Source of the DNA: an uncultured delta proteobacterium
Lineage (GTDB): Bacteria > Desulfobacterota > Binatia > Binatales > Binataceae
Direction of reading: 5' to 3'
Assembly (NCBI GenBank): GCA_963808235.1
Contig: CAWEEQ010000004.1
Location: 1,632,001 to 1,696,000, forward strand
Length of the DNA stretch: 64,000 nt
The position numbers were made by a program, and so were the translations under genes. This document shows, piece by piece, positions 29,107-40,387 of this stretch (position 1 is the first letter of the stretch; each line of letters opens with the position of its first letter). The notes beneath the pieces were generated by a model, which was given only the letters and a program-made list of their open reading frames with translations, was not told the origin of the DNA and did no database searches.

Positions 29107-31539
29107 TCAAAGTGCGGGCTGAACGTAGCGAAAGGCTTTCAGCGCGACGCGGACCCGCTCCGCTTCCGCAAGCATGGAAGCAACCGCCGCCTTCATTCCG
29201 TCGTGATGCCCGCCGTCGATATCTTCGCCGCGGACCCGGTCTTCTATCGCCGCGCACAACTGCATCAGATGCGCCGCCCCAAAGTGACCGCTGCTGCCCT
29301 TGAGCGCATGTGCGGTCGCCGCCAGTCCGGCATTGTCGTCACGGTCCATCTGCAGCCCGGCTGCGCGAACGCGCTCGCTCATGTCGGCGAGAAACACTTC
29401 GATGATGTTGGCGACAAATTCTGCGCCCGATTCGTCGCTGGCCGCGAACTCGGAAAGCGCGCGCATATCGATCGCGCAGGCGCTCGGTGTCTCAGCCGTC
29501 GGGTCAATTGCGGTTACATCGCGGGCGCCAGTTGGCACCAGCCATCGCGCGAACGTCTGTGCGAGCGCCTCGGCCTGCAGAGGTTTGCTCAGATAATCGT
29601 CCATGCCCGCGTTCAGGCATTTTTGACGATCGTCGTGGAGCGCATTTGCGGTGAGGCCGACGATAATGATCCTGCGCTCCCGAAATTCGCTGCGGATCGC
29701 TCGCGTCGCGGCATAGCCGTCCATATCGGGCATCTGGCAGTCCATCAGGATGAAGTCGTAGTCGCGCTGACGAAGAGCCGCCACGGCCTCGAGACCAGTA
29801 ACGACACTATCGGCGCGGTAGCCCAGTCTTTCCAGCATTTTGAGAACTACGCGTTGATTCACCGGATGATCGTCGACCGAGAGAATACGCGCGCGGATGC
29901 GAACGTCAGCCGAAACCTCCGGCGACAGTTGATTCAGCGAGATCGGCGCTGCGGGGCGATTCGATGACGCCCGCGGAGCCTCGCCGCTCTGCGGAGCGGA
30001 CTCCGTTAGACAATCGAAGAGCTGCGTTTGACGTATCGGCTTCGAGATCCACGAACGGAATCCAGCTCGTCGCAATGCCGCATCGTCAGGTCGATGCCCG
30101 AGTTTGTGAATCGCAATCAGCGCAGTCGCTTGCAGTTTTGGATCGGCACGGATCGAGCGGGCCAGACCGATTCCATCTAGTTCGCCGTGATCGAGGTCTA
30201 TCAGCGCGCAGTCGAAATGATTCGGCGTCGAATGTCCGCGGGCGAGAACCTCGAGCGCTTCCGAGCTGGTCGGCGCGACTTCGCATCCAAGCCCCCACGC
30301 GCCAAACTGGCGGCACATCCACTGCGCGGTTGCACTATTCGGGTCGACGACCAGCACCCGTTTTCCGCGTAGATGCGCTCGCGCCTGCGCCTCGGTCTCG
30401 ACACCGGCGGCTGGTTTGCGAAACCTGGCGCTGAACGAAAATGAGGATCCATTTCCGGGCACGCTCTCGGCTTTCAGCTCTCCGCCCATCAGCTCGACGA
30501 TTTGCGCCGAGATTGCCAGCCCGAGGCCGGTGCCGCCGTGACGCCGGGTGGTGGCCGAATCGACTTGATAGAACGCATCGAAGATCCGGCTCAGAAGTTC
30601 GGGCGAAATACCGGGACCGGTGTCGCTGATTGCGAAATGCAGCACCACCTCGTCTGCGCTTTCGCTTTCCCGGCGGGCCAGCAACGTGACTTCGCCGCGC
30701 TCGGTGAACTTGACCGCGTTGCCGACAAGATTGGTGAGGATTTGGCGGAGCCTTCCAGAATCGCCGAGCAGACTCACCGGCATGTCGCCGTCGATCATCG
30801 ATACAAGCCGCAGGTCCGGGCCCTGGCAACGCCCGGCGAACAGTTCGAGTACGCTTTCAAGCACGGCGGTCGGCCGAAATTCGCAGTCGTGCAAGGTGAG
30901 TTTGTCGGAAGAGACTTTCGAGAAGTCCAGGATGTCGTTTATGATCGCGAGCAGCGCACGGCCGCTGGACCAAACGGTGTCCGCGAGCTCGCGCTGTTCG
31001 GTGTCGAGTTCCGTGTCGAGCAGCAGCTCGGTCATCCCGATTATCGCGTTCATCGGGGTGCGTATTTCGTGGCTCATGGTGGCGAGGAATGCGGACTTCT
31101 GCCTGGACGCTTCGAGAGCCCCGTCGCGCGCCGTTGCGAGTTCGTGCTCGGTACGTTTTCGCTCGATCGCATAGGTCAACGAGCGCGCCAACAGGCGGCT
31201 GTCGAACTGACCCTTGACCAGGTAGTCTTGCGCGCCAACCTTCGCCAGCGCGCGGCTGAACTCCTCGTCGTCGAGGCCGGTCAGCACGACGATTGGAGTT
31301 CGCGAGATTGCCGCGGTAATTCGATCCACAGTTTCCCGCATTGGACAGTCGGGAAGCGACAGGTCGAGGAGCACAGCGTCAAAATTGTCGGTAACGATAG
31401 CTTTGAGGGCTTCGCTCAGGCTCGCGACGGCGCGGACCTGGAATCGGACGCGATGGCTCTCGGCCAGCGCGAGTTCCACCAACCGCGCGTCGCCGGGGTT
31501 GTCCTCGACCAGCAGAACTTTTATCGGCGCGTCAGGCAT
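29107..31539 (-). CDS. Hybrid histidine kinase (REC-HisKA-HATPase-REC-REC-Hpt)
   Basis: [46 protein letters not shown]. Confidence 0.93.
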   Translation of the reverse strand: MPDAPIKVLLVEDNPGDARLVELALAESHRVRFQVRAVASLSEALKAIVTDNFDAVLLDLSLPDCPMRETVDRITAAISRTPIVVLTGLDDEEFSRALAKVGAQDYLVKGQFDSRLLARSLTYAIERKRTEHELATARDGALEASRQKSAFLATMSHEIRTPMNAIIGMTELLLDTELDTEQRELADTVWSSGRALLAIINDILDFSKVSSDKLTLHDCEFRPTAVLESVLELFAGRCQGPDLRLVSMIDGDMPVSLLGDSGRLRQILTNLVGNAVKFTERGEVTLLARRESESADEVVLHFAISDTGPGISPELLSRIFDAFYQVDSATTRRHGGTGLGLAISAQIVELMGGELKAESVPGNGSSFSFSARFRKPAAGVETEAQARAHLRGKRVLVVDPNSATAQWMCRQFGAWGLGCEVAPTSSEALEVLARGHSTPNHFDCALIDLDHGELDGIGLARSIRADPKLQATALIAIHKLGHRPDDAALRRAGFRSWISKPIRQTQLFDCLTESAPQSGEAPRASSNRPAAPISLNQLSPEVSADVRIRARILSVDDHPVNQRVVLKMLERLGYRADSVVTGLEAVAALRQRDYDFILMDCQMPDMDGYAATRAIRSEFRERRIIIVGLTANALHDDRQKCLNAGMDDYLSKPLQAEALAQTFARWLVPTGARDVTAIDPTAETPSACAIDMRALSEFAASDESGAEFVANIIEVFLADMSERVRAAGLQMDRDDNAGLAATAHALKGSSGHFGAAHLMQLCAAIEDRVRGEDIDGGHHDGMKAAVASMLAEAERVRVALKAFRYVQPAL

Positions 31540-31546
31540 CGGCGCT

Positions 31547-31993
31547 TCACTCGGGCGGCAGCTTCACCATCGTAAGCCAGAAATTCTGAATTTCGGTCAC
31601 CACGGCGGTGAATTGCATCAGATCGACCGGCTTTACGATGTAGCAGTTGGCCTGCAGATTGTAGCTCTTCAAAACGTCGGATTCGGCTGAGGATGTGGTC
31701 AGGATCACCACCGGGATCCGCTTCAAGTCAGCGTCATCTTTTAGTTCGGCCAGTACCGCTCGCCCGTCTTTTTTTGGCAGATTAAGATCGAGCAGGATGA
31801 TATCGGGCCGAAACGCGTCGGCGAATTTGCCCCTGCGATGCAGGTAGTCGAGCGCCTCGACTCCGTCCGAGGCGACTGCCAGACGATTGCGCACCTTGCC
31901 TTCCTTGAGGACTTCGACGGTCAGCCTGACATCTCCTGGATTATCCTCGACCAGTAGTATGTCCACCATCTCTCCTTTAAATGCTTGACCCAT
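31547..31993 (-). CDS. Single-domain response regulator (Rcp1-like)
   Basis: [33 protein letters not shown]; alternative start at 31969. Confidence 0.92.
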   Translation of the reverse strand: MGQAFKGEMVDILLVEDNPGDVRLTVEVLKEGKVRNRLAVASDGVEALDYLHRRGKFADAFRPDIILLDLNLPKKDGRAVLAELKDDADLKRIPVVILTTSSAESDVLKSYNLQANCYIVKPVDLMQFTAVVTEIQNFWLTMVKLPPE

Positions 31994-33584
31994 CTGCCAC
32001 CTCCAGTGCCGCCGGTAGCGTAAAGAAAAACGTGCTGCCCTGTTCGGGTCTCGATTCAACCCAGATGCGTCCGCCGTGATGCTCGATGACCCGTTTGCAG
32101 ACCGCCAGTCCGATTCCGGTGCCGGAAAATTTCTCACGGCCATGAAGTCGCTGAAACATCACGAAAATTCGATCGTGGAACTCAGGCGCCATTCCGATCC
32201 CGTTGTCGCGCACCGAGAACATCCAGTTTTTGCCCTGCAGCTCGCATCCAATATGCACCTCGGGCGGTCGTCCATCGTGGAACTTGAGCGCGTTGCCGAC
32301 CAGATTCTGGATGACCTCGCCCAGACGACTTTCGACTCCGATGACCGACGGCATCGGGTCATAAGTGACGATAGCGTGCGCGTCGTCGATAGCCAGCTTG
32401 AGGACCTCGAGCACCCGTTCGACGACTTTAGCGAGGTCGACAACTGCGCTTTTGCCGTCACGGCCGGCGCGCGAGAATAGCAGCAGGTCGTTGATCAACT
32501 GCTTCATCCGCACCGCGCCGTCAACCGCAAAATGAATGAATTCGTCGGCGTCGGCGTCGAGCTTGCCCTTGTAGCGCTGCTCGATAAGCTGGAGGTAGCT
32601 TGCCACCATCCGTAGCGGCTCCTGCAAATCATGCGAGGCGACGTAAGCAAACTGTTCGAGTTCCGCGTTTGAGCGCGTGAGCTCCTCGGTCCGTGCGAGC
32701 AAATCGTGTTCGGCGCGTTTACGATCCGTGATCTCGTAGCTGACGCTCGAAATTGCGACGACTTCTCCGCGCGGCCCGCGCATCGGCGCCCACGCCACTG
32801 CCGCGTCTATCACGGTGCCGTCTTTGCGCCTGAACGTGGTCTCGAATTCTTCGGGGATACCACCGGCAGCCAACCTGGATATCAAGAGTGTGCAAGGTTC
32901 CGGATCGCGCCCGGGTGGATCCAGGGTCCGGATACTCCGGCCGATCATTTCATTTGCCGAGTAACCGTAAAGCTTCTCAGCGCCGGGATTCCAGGTGAGT
33001 ACGATTTGATCGGCGCGCATCGTCCAGGATCCCCCGCCTGCGTAACGGGTGGCATCGATCAGCCCTGCGAGCTGGGCGCGGCTCTGTTCGGCGAGCTTGC
33101 GCTCGGTGATATCGCGCAGGAGCATCACGCTGCCGAGCAAGACGCCAGTTTCGTCGGTAAGCCGGCTCGAGGTCGCAGCGAGCACTCTCAGGGCTCCGCG
33201 CGCAGGCTGGTGCAGAACCATCTCGATTTCGCCTTTCGGCGGGTCATTCGCGAGCCGGGCAAACGGAGTCTGATCGTATGCGAGCGGTTCTCGCCCGGCC
33301 TCCTCCCATATGGAAGCCTTCCGCAGCCAATCCTCCCAGGCGATCGACTCGTCGAGCGCGAGTATTCTTCGCGCGGCGGGGTTGAGCATGGGAGTGGAAT
33401 CACCGGCGCGGATAATGATTACGCCCTCTACCATAGCGTCGAGGACCGACTGCAGAAGCGTGCTTTGCGCACGCAACACCGATTCAGAGCGAGCCAGCGC
33501 GTCGCGGGCGGATCCCGACGAGGCGGCGTCGTCAATCTTGATCGGCAGGTCGATTTTGATCGGCTGATCGTGGTCCATCTGCAA
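31977..33584 (-). CDS. PAS-PAS sensor histidine kinase
   Basis: Two PAS-like domains ([12 protein letters not shown]), [17 protein letters not shown]. Confidence 0.92.
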   Translation of the reverse strand: MQMDHDQPIKIDLPIKIDDAASSGSARDALARSESVLRAQSTLLQSVLDAMVEGVIIIRAGDSTPMLNPAARRILALDESIAWEDWLRKASIWEEAGREPLAYDQTPFARLANDPPKGEIEMVLHQPARGALRVLAATSSRLTDETGVLLGSVMLLRDITERKLAEQSRAQLAGLIDATRYAGGGSWTMRADQIVLTWNPGAEKLYGYSANEMIGRSIRTLDPPGRDPEPCTLLISRLAAGGIPEEFETTFRRKDGTVIDAAVAWAPMRGPRGEVVAISSVSYEITDRKRAEHDLLARTEELTRSNAELEQFAYVASHDLQEPLRMVASYLQLIEQRYKGKLDADADEFIHFAVDGAVRMKQLINDLLLFSRAGRDGKSAVVDLAKVVERVLEVLKLAIDDAHAIVTYDPMPSVIGVESRLGEVIQNLVGNALKFHDGRPPEVHIGCELQGKNWMFSVRDNGIGMAPEFHDRIFVMFQRLHGREKFSGTGIGLAVCKRVIEHHGGRIWVESRPEQGSTFFFTLPAALEVADGSSI

Positions 33585-33881
33585 AAGCCTTCTCGATCCG
33601 GTCTCCGTCTCGCCCCAGTCCGCGCGAGGCCGCCAGAAGAAGGCATCGCGCCTCCCGCACGATCAATCCAAGTTGTATGCCGCGCAACCGGCTGCTTCGG
33701 AATCGAGACCGCGGTCGCCAACGATTGGCCTTGGCCGCCAATCGCGAGCATGGACGAGCCGCCCGACACCTCAGGCAAGCGTCGGAGTGACATTTTTTTG
33801 TCAGCGAGTCGGAATCTTTCGGGCCGGGACTGAAATCTTTCGGGGAATGACGACGCGCTTTGACGCCGCTGAAGAGTCCAA

Positions 33882-34580
33882 TCACTTCGAGAGAATGAGA
33901 CTCATCTGTCCCGCGGCCTTGAGCAGGTCTGGAGAATCGTTGTCAACATTATTGACTTCGGGCGAGACCGGAGTGGCAATCAGCAGATCCGGCCCCGCAG
34001 GGACGAGCAGCCTTTTCAATGCCAGCGGATCGGGCGCGCGCGGATCCATCCAATCGTCGGCGTCGCGATCGGCGAGTATCACCGGCATCCGATCGTGATA
34101 ATTCCGAAGCAAGGAGTTCGCGGCCGTGGTCAGAATCGTGAAAGTCGTCTCCCACTGGCTCGGAGACGGCTGCCACGCCTCGTACATACCGGCGAACAGA
34201 ATCAAGTTATTGTCCTCGCGATGGAACCAGGTCGGCTGCCGCGCGGTCTTGGGTCCGGTCCATTCGAAGAATCCGTCGGCCGGCACGACGCATCGACGCT
34301 CCATGAACGCCTCGCGAAATGCGCGTCGCGTTTCCACCGTCTCGGAGCGCGCGTTGATATTCCTGCTCGCCTGGGACGCGTCTTCGGCCCACGAATTCAC
34401 CAGGCCCCAGCGCGCGGGAAGAACTTCGCGATTCTCAAATTTGATCCGCACCACGTAATGCATCTGTGTCGGCGCGACGTTGTAGCGCGGCCGATAATCG
34501 ACGAACGAATCGTTCGCGACACCGAGCTCCGCCGCCAACAAGTTTCCGTCGCGGCGCGTGATTGTGAAACGTCCGCACAT
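33882..34580 (-). CDS. SOS response-associated peptidase (SRAP/YedK/HMCES abasic-site protein)
   Basis: MCGRF, RYNVAPTQ, INARSET, GFFEW, HDRMPV. Confidence 0.95.
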   Translation of the reverse strand: MCGRFTITRRDGNLLAAELGVANDSFVDYRPRYNVAPTQMHYVVRIKFENREVLPARWGLVNSWAEDASQASRNINARSETVETRRAFREAFMERRCVVPADGFFEWTGPKTARQPTWFHREDNNLILFAGMYEAWQPSPSQWETTFTILTTAANSLLRNYHDRMPVILADRDADDWMDPRAPDPLALKRLLVPAGPDLLIATPVSPEVNNVDNDSPDLLKAAGQMSLILSK

Positions 34581-34628
34581 CGTTCAGATTTTACTCCACG
34601 GCTTGATCGTTATTAAAGGAAGCGCAAC

Positions 34629-35426
34629 ATGGCGGACCAAATCGTCTTGTACGAGACACGATATCCGGCGGCGATAATCACGCTCAACAATGCCGCGCAT
34701 CGAAACGCGCTCAGCTGCGCAATGATCGACGCCCTGATGGCCGCGATTCAGCGCGCCGAAGACGACCCGCGGGTGCGCGCATTGATCTTCACCGGCGTCG
34801 AACCGGCATTTTCAGCCGGGATGGATCTCGGCGAGCTGCGTGGAGTGCTCGACGAGCTCCGCGTCGACAACGCCGGCGCGGTGTGGGATGGCGCGCTGCG
34901 CGGCGAGGATCTGATCGAGCGCATCTACCGGCTCGGCAAGCCAACCATCGCGGCCGTCAACGGCGTCGCGGTCGGCAACGGCGCCGGCTTCCTGAGCGCG
35001 TGCGACATGGCCGTGGCCGCCGACGGCGCGCGAATCGGCTACACCGAAATGAAGCACGGCATCCAGGCCGGGATGGTGATCCTGCACCTGATGCGGCTGG
35101 TTGGCGAGCGCGTCGCGCGGTACCTGCTGCTCACCGGCGAACTCGTGAGTGCCGAGAAAGCCCGATCGCTCGGACTGATCAATGAGGTGGTACCAAGCGG
35201 GATGCTGATGGAAACCGCGCTCAAGTGGGCCGACGCGGTCGCGACCAACGCACCCAAGGCCGAAGCAATTACCAAGTCGCTACTATGTAGATTTTCAGGA
35301 CAGGCTATTGCAATGAGTATGACTGAGTATACCGCCGCGCCGCATATCACCGACGAATGCCGCTCCGGCCTCGAAGCATTCTTCGAAAAGAAGCCCGTCC
35401 CGTGGTCGGAAAGCAAGAAGAGCTGA
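34629..35426 (+). CDS. Enoyl-CoA hydratase/isomerase family protein
   Basis: RNAL, FSAGMDL, KPTIAAVNG. Confidence 0.9.
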   Translation: MADQIVLYETRYPAAIITLNNAAHRNALSCAMIDALMAAIQRAEDDPRVRALIFTGVEPAFSAGMDLGELRGVLDELRVDNAGAVWDGALRGEDLIERIYRLGKPTIAAVNGVAVGNGAGFLSACDMAVAADGARIGYTEMKHGIQAGMVILHLMRLVGERVARYLLLTGELVSAEKARSLGLINEVVPSGMLMETALKWADAVATNAPKAEAITKSLLCRFSGQAIAMSMTEYTAAPHITDECRSGLEAFFEKKPVPWSESKKS

Positions 35427-35430
35427 TGGT

Positions 35431-37092
35431 CTAGCGCTGACCCGCCGATTCGGCCTGCTTCAGCACCCGTGTGATCAACTCCTGCGCCTCGGCCTGTATC
35501 TGATGCAGATGCTCGACGCCGCGAAAACTCTCGGCGTATATTTTGTAAACGTCCTCGGTGCCCGAGGGCCGCGCCGCAAACCATCCGCTCTGCGCAATCA
35601 CCTTGATTCCGCCGATCGCAGCGCCGTTGCCCGGCGCCTGGGTGATCGTGGCGATTATCTTTTCGCCCGCGAGTTCGCGCTCATTCAGTTGCTCTGGTGA
35701 AAGCTTACTGAGGATGGCCTTCTGCGCCGGCGATGCCGGTGCGTCGATCCGTTCGTACGCAGGAGTGCCGAACTGATGCGTCAGGTCGTCGTATAATTTT
35801 CCCGGGTCGGCGCCACGCGCGGTTGTCTCGGCCGCCAGCAGGCCCAGGATGAGTCCGTCCTTGTCGGTCGTCCAGACACTGCCTTCAGTGCGCAAAAATG
35901 ACGCGCCCGCACTCTCCTCGCCGGCGAATCCGACCGAGCCATCGACGAGGCCGTCCACGAACCACTTGAATCCAACCGGCGTATCGACAATTTTGCGTCC
36001 GAGGCTCGCCGCCACGCGCTCGATCATGGCACTGCTCACCACGGTCTTGCCGACCGCCGCGTCCTGACGCCATTTGGGGCGGTTTCGATACAGGTACGAA
36101 ATCGCGGCTGATAGATAATGATTCGGATTCATCAAGCCGGCCGAGCGAGTAACTATTCCGTGCCGATCGGCGTCGGTGTCGTTTGCAAATGAAACGTCGA
36201 AGCGATCGCGTATCGCGAGCAAGCGAGTCATCGCATACTGCGATGAGCAGTCCATCCGAATCTTTCCGTCGTAGTCGGCAGTCATGAAACGAAAAGTCGG
36301 ATCGACAACGTCGCTGACCACCGTCGCCGCAATCTTGTACTGGTCGATCACCGCCGGCCAGTAATGCACCGCGGCGCCGCCGAGCGGATCGATTCCGAGC
36401 TTCACGCCCGCAGTGCGAATCGCCTCCATGTCAACGACGTTGCCGAGATCGGCAACGTACGCGCTGATGTAATCGTGCTTGTGCAGCGTCGAGGCTGATT
36501 GCGCGCGCTCGTACGGAATTCGAAGCACGCCCTTGAGATCGCTCTTCAGAAATTCGTTGGCCGTGTTCTCGATCCATTTGGTGATCTCCGTGTCGGCGGG
36601 TCCCCCGTTGGACGGATTATATTTGAAGCCGCCATCTTCAGGCGGATTGTGCGAAGGCGTAATCACGATCCCATCGGCAAGTCCGCTCTTGCGCCCGCGA
36701 TTGTAGGTCAAGATCGCGTGCGAGATCGCGGGCGTCGGCGTGTAGCCGCCCGCGCTATCGATCATCGTCTCGACGTTGTTCGCAGCCAGCACTTCGAGCG
36801 CACTCGCGAACGCCGGCACCGAGAGCGCATGCGTATCCATCCCGAGATAGAGCGGCCCGTTGATATTGTGCTGGCGGCGGTAGAGACAGATCGCCTGACT
36901 TATCGCGACGATGTGCGCCTCGTTGAAGCTGAGCGTGAACGACGACCCGCGATGTCCCGACGTTCCGAACGCAACTCTCTGGGCCGGCACGGTGGGGTCG
37001 GGCCGTCCGCTGAAATACGCAGTGATCAATCGTGGCACGTCGACGAGTCGCGAAGGATCGACGGGTTTTCCGGCCAGCGGGCTTACTTTCAT
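35431..37092 (-). CDS. pgm: Phosphoglucomutase
   Basis: FGTSGHRG, TPSHNPP, DTDADRHG, GEESAG, RPSGTE. Confidence 0.96.
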   Translation of the reverse strand: MKVSPLAGKPVDPSRLVDVPRLITAYFSGRPDPTVPAQRVAFGTSGHRGSSFTLSFNEAHIVAISQAICLYRRQHNINGPLYLGMDTHALSVPAFASALEVLAANNVETMIDSAGGYTPTPAISHAILTYNRGRKSGLADGIVITPSHNPPEDGGFKYNPSNGGPADTEITKWIENTANEFLKSDLKGVLRIPYERAQSASTLHKHDYISAYVADLGNVVDMEAIRTAGVKLGIDPLGGAAVHYWPAVIDQYKIAATVVSDVVDPTFRFMTADYDGKIRMDCSSQYAMTRLLAIRDRFDVSFANDTDADRHGIVTRSAGLMNPNHYLSAAISYLYRNRPKWRQDAAVGKTVVSSAMIERVAASLGRKIVDTPVGFKWFVDGLVDGSVGFAGEESAGASFLRTEGSVWTTDKDGLILGLLAAETTARGADPGKLYDDLTHQFGTPAYERIDAPASPAQKAILSKLSPEQLNERELAGEKIIATITQAPGNGAAIGGIKVIAQSGWFAARPSGTEDVYKIYAESFRGVEHLHQIQAEAQELITRVLKQAESAGQR

Positions 37093-37179
37093 CGCATTAC
37101 CTTTGTCGCACTTCCGATCATTTGTCGAAAGCCGCAAAAACGAGTCAGGATAACTCTCCCACGCAAGGAGGCCACCACT

Positions 37180-37683
37180 ATGGATGATAGCAAACTTCAG
37201 TTGCTGCTCGATCGCGCCGAAATAAGCGACGTACAGTTGCGCTACGCGACCGGTCTCGACTCGCGCGACTGGCCGCTCTTCCGATCGTGCTTCGCCGACG
37301 AGATCGAAACCGACTTCACCTCGGTCTTCGGCGGGGCGCCGCGCAAGACGACCGGCGACAAATGGGCCGAGGCCGCGCGGCGCACGATTGTCGGACTCGC
37401 CGCGACCCAGCACATGATCACCAATCACGTGATCACCGTGAACCACGAACGCGACTCCGCCACCTGCGTCGCTTACGTGCAGGCGCGTCACTTTCTACCC
37501 AACGACACCGGCGATAGCACCCAGACGATGTTCGGCTACTACACTAATGGATTCATCCGAGCGCCCGCCGGCTGGAAAATTCGCGCCTGCAAGCTGACGC
37601 TATGGTGGCAGACCGGCAACTCGAACATCTTCACGCTCGCACACGAGCGCATGAAAGCGGCCGAGTCCGAGAAGAAAAGTTAG
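37180..37683 (+). CDS. SnoaL/NTF2-like family protein
   Basis: AAGGAGG RBS; RYATGLDSRDW, TQHMITNH, GWKI. Confidence 0.88.
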   Translation: MDDSKLQLLLDRAEISDVQLRYATGLDSRDWPLFRSCFADEIETDFTSVFGGAPRKTTGDKWAEAARRTIVGLAATQHMITNHVITVNHERDSATCVAYVQARHFLPNDTGDSTQTMFGYYTNGFIRAPAGWKIRACKLTLWWQTGNSNIFTLAHERMKAAESEKKS

Positions 37684-37716
37684 CGGGTTGCGAACTTTTG
37701 CGATGGAGGAGTCGAG

Positions 37717-38016
37717 ATGACGCCGAATCTGAGTCCGCTGATTGCGACGGGAGTCGTGTTCTCGACGGCGGCGACCGACGCAGTTTACGTCATGTTCAAC
37801 GCGGCTGTGACGGCGCGGCGGCCTTCGCGGGCGGCGTCGTGGAGCGCGCTATGGTACCTGCTCTCGGCGTTTGCGGTGATCAGTTATACAGGCAACTCCA
37901 TCTATGTAGTCTTCGCCGCGGCCGGCTCATGGATCGGGGCCTATCTTTCAGTGCGCTGGCTGGATCGGGCGGACGCAAACAGCGGCCATGCTGCAGTGGG
38001 AAACCCTCCGGTCTGA
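37717..38016 (+). CDS. Small membrane protein
   Basis: GGAGGAG RBS; three hydrophobic segments. Confidence 0.7.
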   Translation: MTPNLSPLIATGVVFSTAATDAVYVMFNAAVTARRPSRAASWSALWYLLSAFAVISYTGNSIYVVFAAAGSWIGAYLSVRWLDRADANSGHAAVGNPPV

Positions 38017-38079
38017 TCGCTGTCCCGACTCCGTCGCGGCAAGAATTTCCGAAGAGAATTTAGAAAGTTTGCGAACCGG

Positions 38080-39690
38080 CTATTTCGTGCTCGACGACGC
38101 CGGCGTCGAAGGAACCGCGAGCACCTGCGCGGCGGCGGAGTTGGCGCGCGCAAAGACCAGCGCGACGTTGTCGTTGTAGATCAGTTTCCAGCCCTGAACG
38201 CGCCTCATCAGCGGCGCGCTCCTCAAGCTCGGTGGAATCAAAACGAAGTCGTGCGGATATGCGTCGAGCACCGCGACCGCGCCCGCTCCGGCCGATTGAA
38301 ACAGCAGATAGTCGCTCAGAACTTCGCGCGGATAAACGGTATCGAAGCGCCCGTCGACGAACACCCGAAGGTCAGGTGCGCCGTGGAAGATCAGGTACCC
38401 GCCCCAGTTGTAGTAGCAGAGCACATTTCCCTTGAGCTTGTGCTCGAGCATGAAGTCGACCGCGTTGACCGGGAACGGCTCTGCAGGCTGTAGACGCGTA
38501 GCGAAAGATCCCGTCGCCCACAAAATTACTATCGCGCCGATCGCGGCACTCACTTCGCTAGCCCGCGATAGGCGTCGCGACGCAACCGATGCCCCAGCCG
38601 CAGACCTGCCGACCGCCGCCGAGCGAGCGCGAATCAGCGCCACATGATGCGCCAGCGGCACCACCGCGGTGATTGCGGCCAGCGGTACGTTTCGCAGCGA
38701 GTACGCCGCACTGACCGCCATCAGAATCGCGATCGCCACCAGCGCGAGATCGTCGGCCGACGGCGACATCGCGAACGCGAGCGCAACCCCTCCGCTCATC
38801 GCAACCACGCTCGCGTAGTAAATCAGCATCGCGGGCCGGTTCAAATTGACCGCAACTTGTTTGTAGAGCGGAAACCACTCGGTGATCGCGCTCCGCAACA
38901 GCGGATCGGTGAGCGCGTTGACGAGAAACTCCCAGATGAGAATTCCGTACGGAGTCGCAAGCGTCGCGAGCATCGCGCACGCGGTAATCGAGTAGAGTCT
39001 GAGCGCGCGATTCCATCCCCGCCCGGCAAGCAGGTCCTGCGCGCCGGCGATGGTCGCGTAGGTTGCCAGTACAAAGATTCCCAGCAGAAATGCGCCGTGC
39101 AGATTGGCCCATAACGCAAGCATCGGAATCGCCGGCCATAGCGGGCCCTTTCGGCGGTACGAATCACGCGCGAGCATCCACATCAGCGTCGCCGCAAATG
39201 CGAACGTGAACAGTTGCGGCCGAAACTGCATGTGCAGCGTGATCGCGATCGCGGCCACGATCAGTATTCCGAACTGCGCAAGCGGCGTCGCGCCGGTCTC
39301 GCCGGCCGCCATCGAGAGCATTGCGATTGTCACGGCTGCGCACGCGAGCTTCATCAGATGCAAACCGAAGACGCCGAGCAAATTGAATGCCGCCGCCATC
39401 ACAACGTCGCTCAACCATTCCTCGTTGAGCCAAAGATGACCCGGTGCGGAGTAGGAGTACGGATCGTAGCGGACCAGATGTCCGAGGCGCAGGATCTCCT
39501 GCCCCGACCGCAAGTGCCACCACAGGTCCGGATCGGCGTAATTTGCGGCGTTGGCCACCGCGATCACCAGCAACACCAGGGCCGGCGAGTAGGACAGCAG
39601 CGAGGTATGCTGCGGCGCTGACGCGGAGGCGTCCGGCGTCAATGCATTCGCATGCGACTTCCGCGATTTGCGCGCTCCCGCGATGCTCAT
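38080..39690 (-). CDS. Multi-TM protein, GT-C-like (DPDLWWHL family)
   Basis: DPDLWWHL, EWL, RPQLF, LWANLHG, WGGYL, FVDGR. Confidence 0.75.
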   Translation of the reverse strand: MSIAGARKSRKSHANALTPDASASAPQHTSLLSYSPALVLLVIAVANAANYADPDLWWHLRSGQEILRLGHLVRYDPYSYSAPGHLWLNEEWLSDVVMAAAFNLLGVFGLHLMKLACAAVTIAMLSMAAGETGATPLAQFGILIVAAIAITLHMQFRPQLFTFAFAATLMWMLARDSYRRKGPLWPAIPMLALWANLHGAFLLGIFVLATYATIAGAQDLLAGRGWNRALRLYSITACAMLATLATPYGILIWEFLVNALTDPLLRSAITEWFPLYKQVAVNLNRPAMLIYYASVVAMSGGVALAFAMSPSADDLALVAIAILMAVSAAYSLRNVPLAAITAVVPLAHHVALIRARSAAVGRSAAGASVASRRLSRASEVSAAIGAIVILWATGSFATRLQPAEPFPVNAVDFMLEHKLKGNVLCYYNWGGYLIFHGAPDLRVFVDGRFDTVYPREVLSDYLLFQSAGAGAVAVLDAYPHDFVLIPPSLRSAPLMRRVQGWKLIYNDNVALVFARANSAAAQVLAVPSTPASSSTK

Positions 39691-39806
39691 ACGACCGTCG
39701 ATGAACTCTGCGGTATCGAATGAGCTTTCTCAATAGCCTGCTTCGATGCTAGTGACCCGAAAAGAGGCGCGCGTTACGCAGCGGCCCATAGAGAGAGGTT
39801 TCTCAA

Positions 39807-40259
39807 ATGCACGCATGCATCGCGGCCGGCGGCGGATTTCTGATCGCCGTGTTGTGGTTCGATCTTATGTTCGATGTGCAGACGCGAAAGCACGCCGGCG
39901 CCACGCTTCCAACCGAAGTGCTGGAATCAATCGCGGCCTACTACCGGCGCGTCACTATCGAAGCATGGCCGATGAACCGCCTGATCGCAGCAGTGATGCT
40001 TCTGACTGTGTTCGCGATCATCGTCGAAATTTTCCAGAATGCAGACGCCTGGTGGATCGGATGGATCTCGCTCGCCGCGGCCGCCGGCGCCATCGGCCTG
40101 GCCCGCGCCCGCACCGTCCCAAACGCAATGCAACTCGGCCGCGCCGCCGATTCAGCCAACGAGCAAACCCGCCTGGCCCGCGCAATCTACCGAGATCATC
40201 TCTACTGTCTCGCAGCTATTGTATTAATGGTGGGACTGCAGCTAACCACGCAGCATTAA
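39807..40259 (+). CDS. Conserved hypothetical membrane protein
   Basis: GGFLIAVLWFDLMFDVQ, IAAYYRRVT; 4 TM segments. Confidence 0.75.
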   Translation: MHACIAAGGGFLIAVLWFDLMFDVQTRKHAGATLPTEVLESIAAYYRRVTIEAWPMNRLIAAVMLLTVFAIIVEIFQNADAWWIGWISLAAAAGAIGLARARTVPNAMQLGRAADSANEQTRLARAIYRDHLYCLAAIVLMVGLQLTTQH

Positions 40260-40260
40260 C

Positions 40261-40336
40261 TGGAGCGGGTGATCGGTTTCGAACCGACGACCTCGTGCTT
40301 GGCAAGCACGCGCTCTACCAACTGAGCTACACCCGC
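40261..40336 (-). tRNA. tRNA-Gly(GCC)
   Basis: GCGGGTGTAGCTCAGTTGGTAGAGCGCGTGCTTGCCAAGCACG...TTCGAAACCGATCACCCGCTCCA. Confidence 0.97.
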
Positions 40337-40387
40337 TCTCCCACCGCCAGAACGAATCCCTTTCACTATCCGGCGCGGATGCGCCTG

